This document shows, piece after piece, positions 8,140 to 16,262 of a stretch of DNA of 64,000 nt; position 1 is the stretch's first letter, and each line of letters opens with the position of its first letter. A model generated the notes under the pieces. It did no database searches, was not told the origin of the DNA, and worked only from the letters and a program-made list of their open reading frames with translations. The position numbers and the translations under genes are program-made. This stretch comes from an uncultured archaeon (GTDB lineage Archaea; Iainarchaeota; Iainarchaeia; Iainarchaeales; VGJJ01), in contig CAYRUV010000003.1 of the NCBI GenBank assembly GCA_964427715.1, positions 9,837 through 73,836 on the forward strand, written 5' to 3'.

Positions 8140-8625
8140 TTACGAATATTTCATCGCTTCTTTGGTGTGGTATTTTTTCAAAAATCCCATTTGGCCGATT
8201 TCATAGCTTTCGTGTTGAGTAAAGAAGGCCAATGCTCCAAAGTTGGTTTGATCATCTATTGGAAGCGGAAATGGAGGGGCCTTTCCCAGTGCATCCGGAG
8301 CAGGAGACGCGAGTGCGGTTTTCAACAAGGCGGAAACCGTTTCCCATTCTTTCTTGACTTCGCCCAATGAAGGGTAGGTATCCTTGGCATCGTAGGGTCG
8401 TTGATTGGCAAACAATTCCTGATACGGACTCTGAGCGGGCTTTCCGAGGAGAGTCAGAAATAGGTAGCGTGAACTTACGACATGGGCTGCAATCCATTTG
8501 AGGGGATTATTGTGGTTACTCATGCGTGCATTCCAATGATCTTCCGTTATTCCTTCAAGCGTGTTGGTAAACAAGCGCGTGTTCAAATTCAAAATAATCT
8601 GCATAGATTTCAAGTCATTCGTCAT
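8140..8625 (-). CDS. DinB-family (four-helix-bundle metal-binding) protein
   Basis: NPLKWIAAHVV ... FFTQHESYEIGQMGFL: the spaced His pattern and length are typical of the DinB_2 family. Confidence 0.65.
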   Translation of the reverse strand: MTNDLKSMQIILNLNTRLFTNTLEGITEDHWNARMSNHNNPLKWIAAHVVSSRYLFLTLLGKPAQSPYQELFANQRPYDAKDTYPSLGEVKKEWETVSALLKTALASPAPDALGKAPPFPLPIDDQTNFGALAFFTQHESYEIGQMGFLKKYHTKEAMKYS

Positions 8626-8733
8626 AGGGATTCATTCTCCATATTCTCATTTTATCGGGAAAATGTTAATAATGACTCGGAGAGAGTTTCGCCAAAATAG
8701 AAGTCCGAAGACTGAATCATAGATGAAAGTTAG

Positions 8734-8806
8734 TCCCGCCTCCCGGACTCGCACCGGGGATCTTCCGGTCTACAGCCGGACGCATTAGCTACTATGCTAA
8801 GGCGGG
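8734..8806 (-). tRNA. tRNA-Tyr (anticodon GTA)
   Basis: Cloverleaf by hand: acceptor CCCGCCT/AGGCGGG (C1-G72, the archaeal/eukaryal Tyr identity pair), D stem GCAT/ATGC, anticodon stem TCCGG/CCGGA, loop CTGTAGA, T stem CCCGG/CCGGG. No CCA encoded. Confidence 0.9.
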
Positions 8807-8954
8807 AACAAAATTTGATTCGTCCCGCTTCGAGTGAAAAACACCCAAAACGGGGTATAGTCCGGCAGACGAATGGTCGTGGAAAAGCCTTATTAAGGCT
8901 CCACTGCCGGCCGCCCTCCCATACCCTCAATAAGCCCAAAAACGACCTTCTAGA

Positions 8955-9404
8955 ATGAGTGTTACAATCAAGGAATTGGGACACGTGGTGTTATTTGTAC
9001 ACGACCTAGAAGGGATGCGTCACTTCTATGAGAACGTATTAGGGTTTAGGGTCGTGGGATCCCTACCCGGAATGGTGGCCTTCTCCTCCGGGAGAACCCA
9101 CCATGAATTATTGCTCATCCAAGTGGGAATGCGTCCCCAGCCGAAGGTAGGGGGAACTCCTGGATTGTATCATATTGGTTTCAAGATTGGAAACACGGAC
9201 AAGGAATTAATCGCGGCCAAAAAAGTCATGGAGAAAGAAGGGATTGAAATCATCGGATTTGGGGACCACCACGTCACCCACTCCATGTATGTGTTGGATC
9301 CGGAAGGCAACGAACTAGAGTTATACGTGGACGTGAATGAAGATTGGAAAAAGGACCCCTCGACGGTCATGAAACCCACCAAAAGCCTCCACCTCGAGGA
9401 GTAG
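8955..9404 (+). CDS. VOC-family (glyoxalase / extradiol dioxygenase fold) protein
   Basis: LGHVVLFVHDLEGMRHFYENVLGF...HHELLLIQ...LYHIGFKI...GDHHVTHSMYVLDPEGNELELY. Confidence 0.8.
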   Translation: MSVTIKELGHVVLFVHDLEGMRHFYENVLGFRVVGSLPGMVAFSSGRTHHELLLIQVGMRPQPKVGGTPGLYHIGFKIGNTDKELIAAKKVMEKEGIEIIGFGDHHVTHSMYVLDPEGNELELYVDVNEDWKKDPSTVMKPTKSLHLEE

Positions 9405-9435
9405 GGATTTAATCCCATGGGGGGAGATTTTTGAG

Positions 9436-10059
9436 ATGGATTCCTCGCAAAAGAAGATTCGTATCGTGTATGACCCGTCCGTGTGCATTGGCAATGGGGA
9501 ATGCGTCAAGAACGACCCCACCCTTTTCGGATACAATAGTCCCGCCAAAAAAGCAATTCTAATCGGCGGACACGCCGATGGAAAGAAGGTTTCGGTGGAC
9601 GTCTCCGGGAATGAGAACCGCATCACCTATGCGATTCGTGCCGCCTCTTCATGTCCCGTGAATGCGTTCGTGGTATCGGATGCCCATTCGGGGAAAATCC
9701 TGGTTGGAAATGACATCCACGTGCACCATGCCAAGGAAATGATCGCCGAGTATGATGATGCCAAGGATTTCATCCTCGACCCGCAAGGATACTTCCTGAT
9801 TCGCGTGGATTATGCAAAGAAGAAACTCGAGGTGGGTTTCTGCAACGCCAAGAATACGGTGGTGTTGAAGGTGGTGGGAGACAAGCCCATTGATGTGTAC
9901 CACACGATTGGAACCCAAGGAGACTTGGGATTGCGTCCTGAACATTATGCGTATTTAGGAAGGGAATTGGAGAAGGCCTACCATTGCCTCATGACAGGAC
10001 TCGAGTATGTCCAAGATGACGAGCTTCATTCCATGAAGCCCAAGAAAAAGGCTCATTAA
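9436..10059 (+). CDS. Fusion of an N-terminal single-cluster ferredoxin-like domain with a C-terminal DUF4346 domain
   Basis: VCIGNGECVKNDP...ASSCPVNAF (three-Cys ferredoxin pattern), then DPQGYFLIRVD...HYAYLGRELEKAYHCLMTGLEYVQDD (DUF4346 signature). Confidence 0.55.
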   Translation: MDSSQKKIRIVYDPSVCIGNGECVKNDPTLFGYNSPAKKAILIGGHADGKKVSVDVSGNENRITYAIRAASSCPVNAFVVSDAHSGKILVGNDIHVHHAKEMIAEYDDAKDFILDPQGYFLIRVDYAKKKLEVGFCNAKNTVVLKVVGDKPIDVYHTIGTQGDLGLRPEHYAYLGRELEKAYHCLMTGLEYVQDDELHSMKPKKKAH

Positions 10060-10080
10060 TCCAGACACGCTTCATTATCC

Positions 10081-11127
10081 ATGCCATCCCCCTTTCCTTC
10101 CAAGGAGCTCGTGAAATGGTTCCGTTCGAATCAACGTCCCCTTCCCTGGAGAAAAGAATACCACCCCTATCATGTTTGGATATCTGAAATAATGGCCCAG
10201 CAGACGCGCATTGAGCAGATGCTCCCCTACTATGATCGATTTCTCCAAAAATTCCCCACCGTAAAAGCCCTCGCCGATGCCTCTCCCGAGAGTGTGTTGA
10301 AAAGTTGGGAGGGATTAGGGTACTATTCCCGTGCACGCAACCTCCATCATGCCGCCAAGCAGATTGTTTTAGAGAAAAAAGGAAAAATTCCCAAAACCAA
10401 GAAAGAATTGGAAGAATTGAAGGGATTCGGCCCCTACATCTCCTCGGCAGTGGCCAGCATTGCATTCAATGAAAATGTTCCCGTGGTGGATGGGAATGTG
10501 TTGCGGGTTGCGACGCGCTATTGGGGAATCGAAGAAGATGTGGCCAAACCAGAGACGCGGAAAAGGATTGAATCCGTATTACAGGATTCTCTTCCGCGTG
10601 GATCTGCCAGGGAGTTCAACCAGGGACTGATGGAATTAGGCGCATTGATCTGCACGCCCAATTCCCCTTTGTGTGGTGAATGTCCGCTCAAGATGGAATG
10701 CTTCGCATTCGCCCATTCCAGGCAGGAGTATTTTCCCGTGAAGGGCAAGAAGAAGAAACCCTCCACGAAACACTTTGCCATGCTGGTCTTGGAGAAGGAT
10801 GGGAAATGGGGCCTGGTCCAGCGCACCACCCAACTATTGAATGGGATGTGGGAGTTCCCCATGGTGGAATACTCCCCCCTCACGGATTCCATGCAATCCA
10901 TTGAAAAAAAATTCAACAAAGAGGAAATGCGTGTGAAGCTTGGAAAAGGGATTGGGATTGTTTCGCATCAATATTCTCATTTCAACCAGGAAATCCAGCT
11001 GTTTGTCCCCACCAGCACCACTCAAACCAACGTCGAGTGGATTTCCACCGCCCAGTTGAAGGTGCGCCCCCTCTCTAAGGTCCAGCAGAAAGTGTTCGCT
11101 TTCTTGCGTGAAAACCACATCCTTTAA
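10081..11127 (+). CDS. mutY: A/G-specific adenine DNA glycosylase MutY
   Basis: LPWRKEYHPYHVWISEIMAQQTRIEQ (HhH-GPD), Fe-S loop CTPNSPLCGECPLKMEC, and a C-terminal NUDIX-like domain. Confidence 0.9.
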   Translation: MPSPFPSKELVKWFRSNQRPLPWRKEYHPYHVWISEIMAQQTRIEQMLPYYDRFLQKFPTVKALADASPESVLKSWEGLGYYSRARNLHHAAKQIVLEKKGKIPKTKKELEELKGFGPYISSAVASIAFNENVPVVDGNVLRVATRYWGIEEDVAKPETRKRIESVLQDSLPRGSAREFNQGLMELGALICTPNSPLCGECPLKMECFAFAHSRQEYFPVKGKKKKPSTKHFAMLVLEKDGKWGLVQRTTQLLNGMWEFPMVEYSPLTDSMQSIEKKFNKEEMRVKLGKGIGIVSHQYSHFNQEIQLFVPTSTTQTNVEWISTAQLKVRPLSKVQQKVFAFLRENHIL

Positions 11128-11151
11128 TCCCAGTAGGGAGGTTCTCCCTCC

Positions 11152-11463
11152 ATGGAGAAGGAAAATGAAGTGGATCGTGTCTTTCTGCGCGCATTACGTT
11201 TTGCACTAATAGCCAGCCGAGGCGGACCCATGCGTGCGAGAATACTCAAGGTGTTGTGCGCGCATCCATTGAATCCGCTGGCGTTAGCGAAGGAATTGGG
11301 AATCGACTACAAGACGGCCACCCATCACTTGGAACGCTTACTCAAACAAAACTTGGTCACCAAGAAAGGAGATGCGTATGGGGCCCACTACCACGTCACA
11401 TTTACCCCTGCACAACGGCTTGCATTTGAGAAAATAGCCAGTGAGTTGGGAGAAGGGTTATAA
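11152..11463 (+). CDS. ArsR-type winged-helix transcriptional regulator
   Basis: MRARILKVLCAHPLNPLALAKELGIDYKTATHHLERLLKQNLVTKK: an HTH plus wing. Confidence 0.65.
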   Translation: MEKENEVDRVFLRALRFALIASRGGPMRARILKVLCAHPLNPLALAKELGIDYKTATHHLERLLKQNLVTKKGDAYGAHYHVTFTPAQRLAFEKIASELGEGL

Positions 11464-11478
11464 CGAAAACGAGGAGGA

Positions 11479-11775
11479 ATGACTAGTATGGACGAACTCA
11501 TGATGGGATTAATCTATTTGGAAGGACTGAATGTCCTTCTTTCTGCGGTACTCCTCTGGCTTTATGCCCAGAATTATCGCGCCCTCCGGAGTGCCCCGGG
11601 AATGGGATTGGTGGTGTTTGCATTTGTTCTGTTTGTCCAAAATGCCGTTGGACTTTACCTCCATTTCACCACGGGAGAATTCTACGCCAAGATGCTCGCC
11701 ACCCATGCATTTGGATTGGAATTAGTAGAAACACTCGCCTTAGCCGTCCTGGCCTATTCGGGCTGGAAAGATTGA
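11479..11775 (+). CDS. Hypothetical 3-TM membrane protein
   Basis: GAGGAGG Shine-Dalgarno site upstream. Three hydrophobic helices. Lies directly downstream of the ArsR-like gene. Confidence 0.45.
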   Translation: MTSMDELMMGLIYLEGLNVLLSAVLLWLYAQNYRALRSAPGMGLVVFAFVLFVQNAVGLYLHFTTGEFYAKMLATHAFGLELVETLALAVLAYSGWKD

Positions 11776-11833
11776 GACTTGGGAAAATCAATATATACCG
11801 TGCAAACACCCCCTTCATCCATGGAGGAGATGG

Positions 11834-12400
11834 ATGATGAAAGGATTGATTGTTTTAGGACTGGCACTTTTGTTGGTCACCGTTGGATGTGTGAGCTCCC
11901 AACCCTCAAATTCAACGGATGGAGCGATGATGGAGAAAACTGGAGACGTGGTTGAACCCAAAGACGACACAATGATGGAAAAGAATGGGGACCTCATGGA
12001 AGGGAAAGAAGACACCATGATGGAGGAAAAGGAAGAAGGGGCCATGATGCAAAAGGGCATAGCATATACGCCCTTCACCCAATCAGCCTACAATCAGGCG
12101 AAAGCAGATGGGAAGACGATCTTTCTAGAGTTTTTTGCCAATTGGTGCCCCACCTGCAAGGCACAGCATCCGGCACTCGTGGATGGATTGTCTAAAATCT
12201 CCTCGGAAAACTTGGTAGCCTTCCAGGTAAACTACAAGGATTCTGAAACGGATGCCGATGAGAGCGAGCTGGCCAAGCAGTTCAATATCACCTATCAGCA
12301 CACGCACGTAGTGACCAATGCGAACGGAGAAACACTATTGAAGTCCCAGGAGAATTGGTCCACGGACGATGTGATAAAAAAGCTAGGCGGATTCGCTTGA
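11834..12400 (+). CDS. Thioredoxin-fold lipoprotein (TlpA/ResA-like) with a Met-rich repeat linker
   Basis: Signal plus lipobox LLLVTVGC. Four MM(E/Q)(K/E) units in residues about 29-75. Redox motif FFANWCPTCKAQ. Confidence 0.75.
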   Translation: MMKGLIVLGLALLLVTVGCVSSQPSNSTDGAMMEKTGDVVEPKDDTMMEKNGDLMEGKEDTMMEEKEEGAMMQKGIAYTPFTQSAYNQAKADGKTIFLEFFANWCPTCKAQHPALVDGLSKISSENLVAFQVNYKDSETDADESELAKQFNITYQHTHVVTNANGETLLKSQENWSTDDVIKKLGGFA

Positions 12401-12441
12401 AGCAAGAAGACAAATAAAGGAGCACGCAGGGGGATACACGC

Positions 12442-13167
12442 ATGGTCGACATTTCTTTACCGGTGGCATTTGGCGCGGGACTCGTCTCGTTCCTTTCCCC
12501 CTGCGTCCTTCCTTTGCTTCCTGCATTTTTGAGCTTCATGGCCGGCTCCACCCTCAAGCCGGGCGTGGAGATGAACAAGGAGGATCGATTGAAGATTCTC
12601 CTGGCCTCCGTATTTTTTGTGTTGGGATTCACGGTCGTGTTTTCCGTGTTGGGGGTATTACTGCAGAGCGTCCTGGAGGCCTACGCCTATGACCTGCGCA
12701 ACTACCTCGGATACATCGGCGGAATCATCATCGTATTTTTTGGTCTGGTGATGGTGGGAGTATTAAAGATTCCCGCGCTGGAGAGAGAATACAAATTGAA
12801 AGTGGGACAAACCCGATACGCCTTCCTCACGGCATTCCTCTTTGGTGCCGCCTTCGCAGTGGGCTGGACTCCGTGTGTAGGGGCCGTGTTAGGGGCCGTT
12901 CTCACTTTGGCCGCGACCAACCCTGGAGTAGCGTTACCGTTGATGCTCTCCTACTCCTTGGGATTGGGTATTCCATTCCTACTGGCAGGATTGTTTTTCT
13001 CGCAGGCACAGGGAATCATCAAATGGATCGCTCCGCATTTGATTCTCATCAACAAGGTGTTCGGGATTATCTTGATTATCCTAGGAATACTTGTATTCAC
13101 GGGACAATTAGTGGTGGTCGCGAACCTCTTCACCGAGCCCCTATTAGAATTCTTCATGGGTAAATAA
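12442..13167 (+). CDS. ccdA: Cytochrome c biogenesis / thiol-disulfide transporter CcdA (DsbD transmembrane domain family)
   Basis: LVSFLSPCVLPLLPAFL and GWTPCVGAVLGAVL: the two conserved Cys-containing TM motifs. Six TM helices. Confidence 0.85.
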   Translation: MVDISLPVAFGAGLVSFLSPCVLPLLPAFLSFMAGSTLKPGVEMNKEDRLKILLASVFFVLGFTVVFSVLGVLLQSVLEAYAYDLRNYLGYIGGIIIVFFGLVMVGVLKIPALEREYKLKVGQTRYAFLTAFLFGAAFAVGWTPCVGAVLGAVLTLAATNPGVALPLMLSYSLGLGIPFLLAGLFFSQAQGIIKWIAPHLILINKVFGIILIILGILVFTGQLVVVANLFTEPLLEFFMGK

Positions 13168-13204
13168 AAAAAAGAATGGATGGGGCCAAAAAGCCCCATT
13201 CCAG

Positions 13205-13624
13205 TTATCCGCAGAAGGAAGCCCCACTAGGGGATATCTTCTTGCAAGTCTCGTTCGCATCGCAGTTGATCTTGGCCCCAACCACGAAGTGGGAGTACTG
13301 GACCCCATTGATCTTGAACTGCTCTACGCACCCGAGCTCAATAATACTCATGTTCGTGTCGCACGTATCCGGGAAGAACAACGTCGATCCGTTATTGTCG
13401 AGCCAAGACGTGAACGTGCCGAGTCCCTTAAACATTCCATTATCAGGATCATTACACGTCCCATTGTGGTCCACGGCCCCAATCAGCAGGGAGTTTCCCG
13501 TGCTGCCGTTTAAATTATTCACATACGTGAATGGGAAGTTATTCCCAGGATAAAATGTGCTGAATGCCATTGGAATAACAATAATCGCCAATAGTCCTCC
13601 AACCAAATAAATCAATTTTTTCAT
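13205..13624 (-). CDS. Small secreted Cys-rich protein (paralogue of 33845-34216)
   Basis: N-terminal TM/signal MKKLIYLVGGLLAIIVIP. C-terminal module C-x-D-x-D-x-G ... D-x-C ... E-x-x-C ... C ... C ... C shared with the other ORF. Confidence 0.5.
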   Translation of the reverse strand: MKKLIYLVGGLLAIIVIPMAFSTFYPGNNFPFTYVNNLNGSTGNSLLIGAVDHNGTCNDPDNGMFKGLGTFTSWLDNNGSTLFFPDTCDTNMSIIELGCVEQFKINGVQYSHFVVGAKINCDANETCKKISPSGASFCG

Positions 13625-13805
13625 CTATATTCCTCCTCACACGGGAATATCCCGATTGAAGAGATTGGAAATAGAGGAATAAAAGGAAACCTGGACCATT
13701 CTTGAAAAAAAAAGCGAGGAACGAACACCCTCCATGTGCACGCACTCCTTTTTCTTTCGAAGAAAAAGAAGCGCCCAGTCAAAAAGAATGGGCATTCCAA
13801 CAACA

Positions 13806-13878
13806 CGGGTCCGCCCGGATTTGAACCGAGGCCGGTACCTCCCAAAGGTACAATGCTACCAGGCTACACCACAGACCC
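13806..13878 (-). tRNA. tRNA-Pro (anticodon TGG)
   Basis: Acceptor GGGTCTG/CGGACCC (one G-U pair), anticodon stem GTACC/GGTAC with loop TTTGGGA, T arm CTCGG-TTCAAAT-CCGGG. Confidence 0.85.
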
Positions 13879-13924
13879 AACTATAGGTTGAGAGGCCCGG
13901 GAACGGTTTTAACTATACCCTTTG

Positions 13925-14428
13925 CTAGGCCAGTTCGGGCCGCTTTTGGTGCAATCGTTCCATGATTTCCCGGGGGTTCTCCACTCCCACGATGGAAACC
14001 TTGTTGGGCCTATTTTCAAGGGTGTATTTGATCTCAATCTCATCCACGTGCAGCCATTTCTGCATCCAATCCTCTTTCACGCGGATGGACGAGATGGCAT
14101 TGTAGGGGACAAAAATCAGCGCACTGGGACCCTGCACCCACACCCCTAAATTGGTCAACCATGCCTCACGTTGGGATAAGTCCACTCTCCAGAGCCAGCG
14201 GGTGATGACCCCGATCAGCATGGCAAATCCCGCGAGGGCTAAGGCCTGCAGGAGGAGAATATGGGGGGTTCCTCCTTTTTGTTTGAATGAATATAATAAG
14301 AAAATCAACAGCCCCACGAACCACACCCCAAACAAAGGAGCAGCCTTCAATGCGTAATAGGATACTGTCTTCGAAGAGGGCCGGACTTCCATCTCTACGT
14401 GTTCCCCGGCGGCGAATGAAGAATTCAT
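13925..14428 (-). CDS. Membrane protein with a bacterial-type PH (bPH_2/YdbT-like) domain
   Basis: Two TM helices followed by VPYNAISSIRVKEDWMQKWLHVDEIEI, typical of membrane-anchored bPH domains. Confidence 0.5.
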   Translation of the reverse strand: MNSSFAAGEHVEMEVRPSSKTVSYYALKAAPLFGVWFVGLLIFLLYSFKQKGGTPHILLLQALALAGFAMLIGVITRWLWRVDLSQREAWLTNLGVWVQGPSALIFVPYNAISSIRVKEDWMQKWLHVDEIEIKYTLENRPNKVSIVGVENPREIMERLHQKRPELA

Positions 14429-14468
14429 CTCCTAGGGAAAAAATGAGACTATAAATGGGTGATGGACT

Positions 14469-14966
14469 TCAGCGTTCGATAATTCGGGCGATGCGCCCAT
14501 CGACCCAGTCGTGGAAAAGGTCCCTATCATGGAGGAGGCGATGAACCGTGGCCTCGTCTTTCTCGAACCCCTGGAGCTTCGAATTCATGCGCGCCCATAG
14601 GGCCCTTTCTCCATTGGGAAGAGGTTGGGTGGTTTCAATGGCGTGGATGATGCTCAGCACCAGTGATTTCCGATAAAGGGGAGCGATTCTTTTTTCGGCG
14701 ATAAGGATCCGTCGCGCCAAAACCGCTGCTTTTTCCCTAAAACGAGGGTCTTTTGTGTGGTGGGTTCGAACAAACTCCAGAAATGCCAGGTTTTTCGCAT
14801 CAATGACTTTGGTCCATTTGTTGACCTGTCCATGGATATACGCGAATTTAGCATTCAGTTCTTTCTTTCGAAGAGAAGGTTGTTTTTCACGCAGCCCCAT
14901 CTCATGAAGAATGAGGGATCGTTTCACGTATCCCTTGGGTCGGCGCGCACGGGATGTGGGGGGCAT
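14469..14966 (-). CDS. Hypothetical basic protein
   Basis: Clean 165-aa ORF with an ATG start. No recognised motif. Confidence 0.4.
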   Translation of the reverse strand: MPPTSRARRPKGYVKRSLILHEMGLREKQPSLRKKELNAKFAYIHGQVNKWTKVIDAKNLAFLEFVRTHHTKDPRFREKAAVLARRILIAEKRIAPLYRKSLVLSIIHAIETTQPLPNGERALWARMNSKLQGFEKDEATVHRLLHDRDLFHDWVDGRIARIIER

Positions 14967-15008
14967 GGTTTGGATTATCGAATGGAGAAATAAAAAATAA
15001 TGCGCTCT

Positions 15009-15878
15009 TCACGCTTTCTTCTTCAGTAGTCGTTTGAGCCCTGGAATTTCCACTTGGGCATACAACGCACACTGTTTCGTGGGCTCGATGAGTTTCCGTG
15101 CAGAATATACCCGCAATAATTCGGCCATCTTCAAGGGTTCGATTCCTTTTGCAGTCTTGGAAAGCGAATCAATGACCCCATTCAATTCGTGACCCGCGTA
15201 GAATTGGGAAATCTTTTCCAAATCCGGCGCGGTTTTTCCTTGAGGGGCTTTCTTCAGCACCTCATCCAATCGTTTTAGGTCCACCACTTTCTTCAAGTAG
15301 GACTCGAGCTTGTTCTCCATGCTCACGGAGAAGGATCCCAAAAATTCCATGAATGTGCGCGGGAGTGTTTTCTCGGTCACGACCATCTTCTTGATGGCTT
15401 GCCATCCGGAATAATTGGCGATGAGTTGAATCTTCCCTTCCTTAATGGGTTTGATTTCAGCAAAGTGCCCGGAATAATTCAAATATACCCCACTGTGTCC
15501 CAATAATCGTCGCACGCAATACAAGCGAATAAATTGAGCCATTTCCCCTTGTTCCTTTTTTTGCATCCCCTCAATCGTGGAGGCCTCGTTAACAACCTGA
15601 GTAAATTTTCGCGTGTTGAGGAAAGCCAATACTTTTCCGAACTCGGCCGGATTATGCGACAAGGGCGCCTCGCGCAATACCACATTGATTTTAGAAAAAT
15701 CAATAATGCGTTCGATGCACGTTCCCACGAGACCATCCGCCCCATACGTGGTTTGAGACAACCACTGGAGGATTTCTCCATCGGATGTGGAACTCGTCAC
15801 CGTCTTCTGGATCGTGTTTTTCCACTGGGGAAATTGGGCTTCGAAGAGAAAGGTGTTTTCCATGGGAGTGACCATCAC
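15009..15878 (-). CDS. Hypothetical protein with an internal two-fold repeat
   Basis: VLREAPLSHNPAEFGKV...GEMAQFIRLYCVRRLL and VLKKAPQGKTAPDLEKI...LKMAELLRVYSARKLI are visibly homologous halves. Start is ambiguous (GTG 15878, ATG 15875 or ATG 15863). Confidence 0.45.
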   Translation of the reverse strand: MMVTPMENTFLFEAQFPQWKNTIQKTVTSSTSDGEILQWLSQTTYGADGLVGTCIERIIDFSKINVVLREAPLSHNPAEFGKVLAFLNTRKFTQVVNEASTIEGMQKKEQGEMAQFIRLYCVRRLLGHSGVYLNYSGHFAEIKPIKEGKIQLIANYSGWQAIKKMVVTEKTLPRTFMEFLGSFSVSMENKLESYLKKVVDLKRLDEVLKKAPQGKTAPDLEKISQFYAGHELNGVIDSLSKTAKGIEPLKMAELLRVYSARKLIEPTKQCALYAQVEIPGLKRLLKKKA

Positions 15879-15930
15879 TCACCTCTCTCGAGTAAATTAT
15901 AAACCTTCGGAGGGCCTTGCACCAATTACC

Positions 15931-15937
15931 TTTATAT
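15931..15937 (+). promoter_or_regulatory. TATA box (TTTATAT) centred 26 nt upstream of ATG 15960
   Basis: Spacing fits a leaderless archaeal promoter. Confidence 0.4.
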
Positions 15938-15959
15938 GGGACTTTTACTTGAGGAGCCT

Positions 15960-16238
15960 ATGCCGGCCCGCATGACCCCGCAAGAGAGAGCCCAGCACTA
16001 TGGGGGAAGAATCCACATCTTCGAGCATGCCAATGGGTGGAACATTGGAAAGTACGCCATGTCCGAAGTCCTGGCCATCCTCGCACTCGCCGCATTCCTC
16101 GCGTGGGGACTCCCTCAGGTGGTTTCCCCTGCGTTATTGTTTCAGGCCGGGCTCGTCTTCATTGGACTGTTGATCCTCTACCTCATCCTCGTCTTCAAAC
16201 TTTCTGGCGGACGCGGGAAAGTGGTGGATGTCATTTAA
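15960..16238 (+). CDS. Hypothetical small 2-TM membrane protein
   Basis: MPARMTPQERAQHYGG..., then two hydrophobic helices. The ORF-track start at 15936 lies inside the TATA box and is disfavoured. Confidence 0.4.
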   Translation: MPARMTPQERAQHYGGRIHIFEHANGWNIGKYAMSEVLAILALAAFLAWGLPQVVSPALLFQAGLVFIGLLILYLILVFKLSGGRGKVVDVI

Positions 16239-16262
16239 TTCCCATCCCTCCCACTCATTTTC

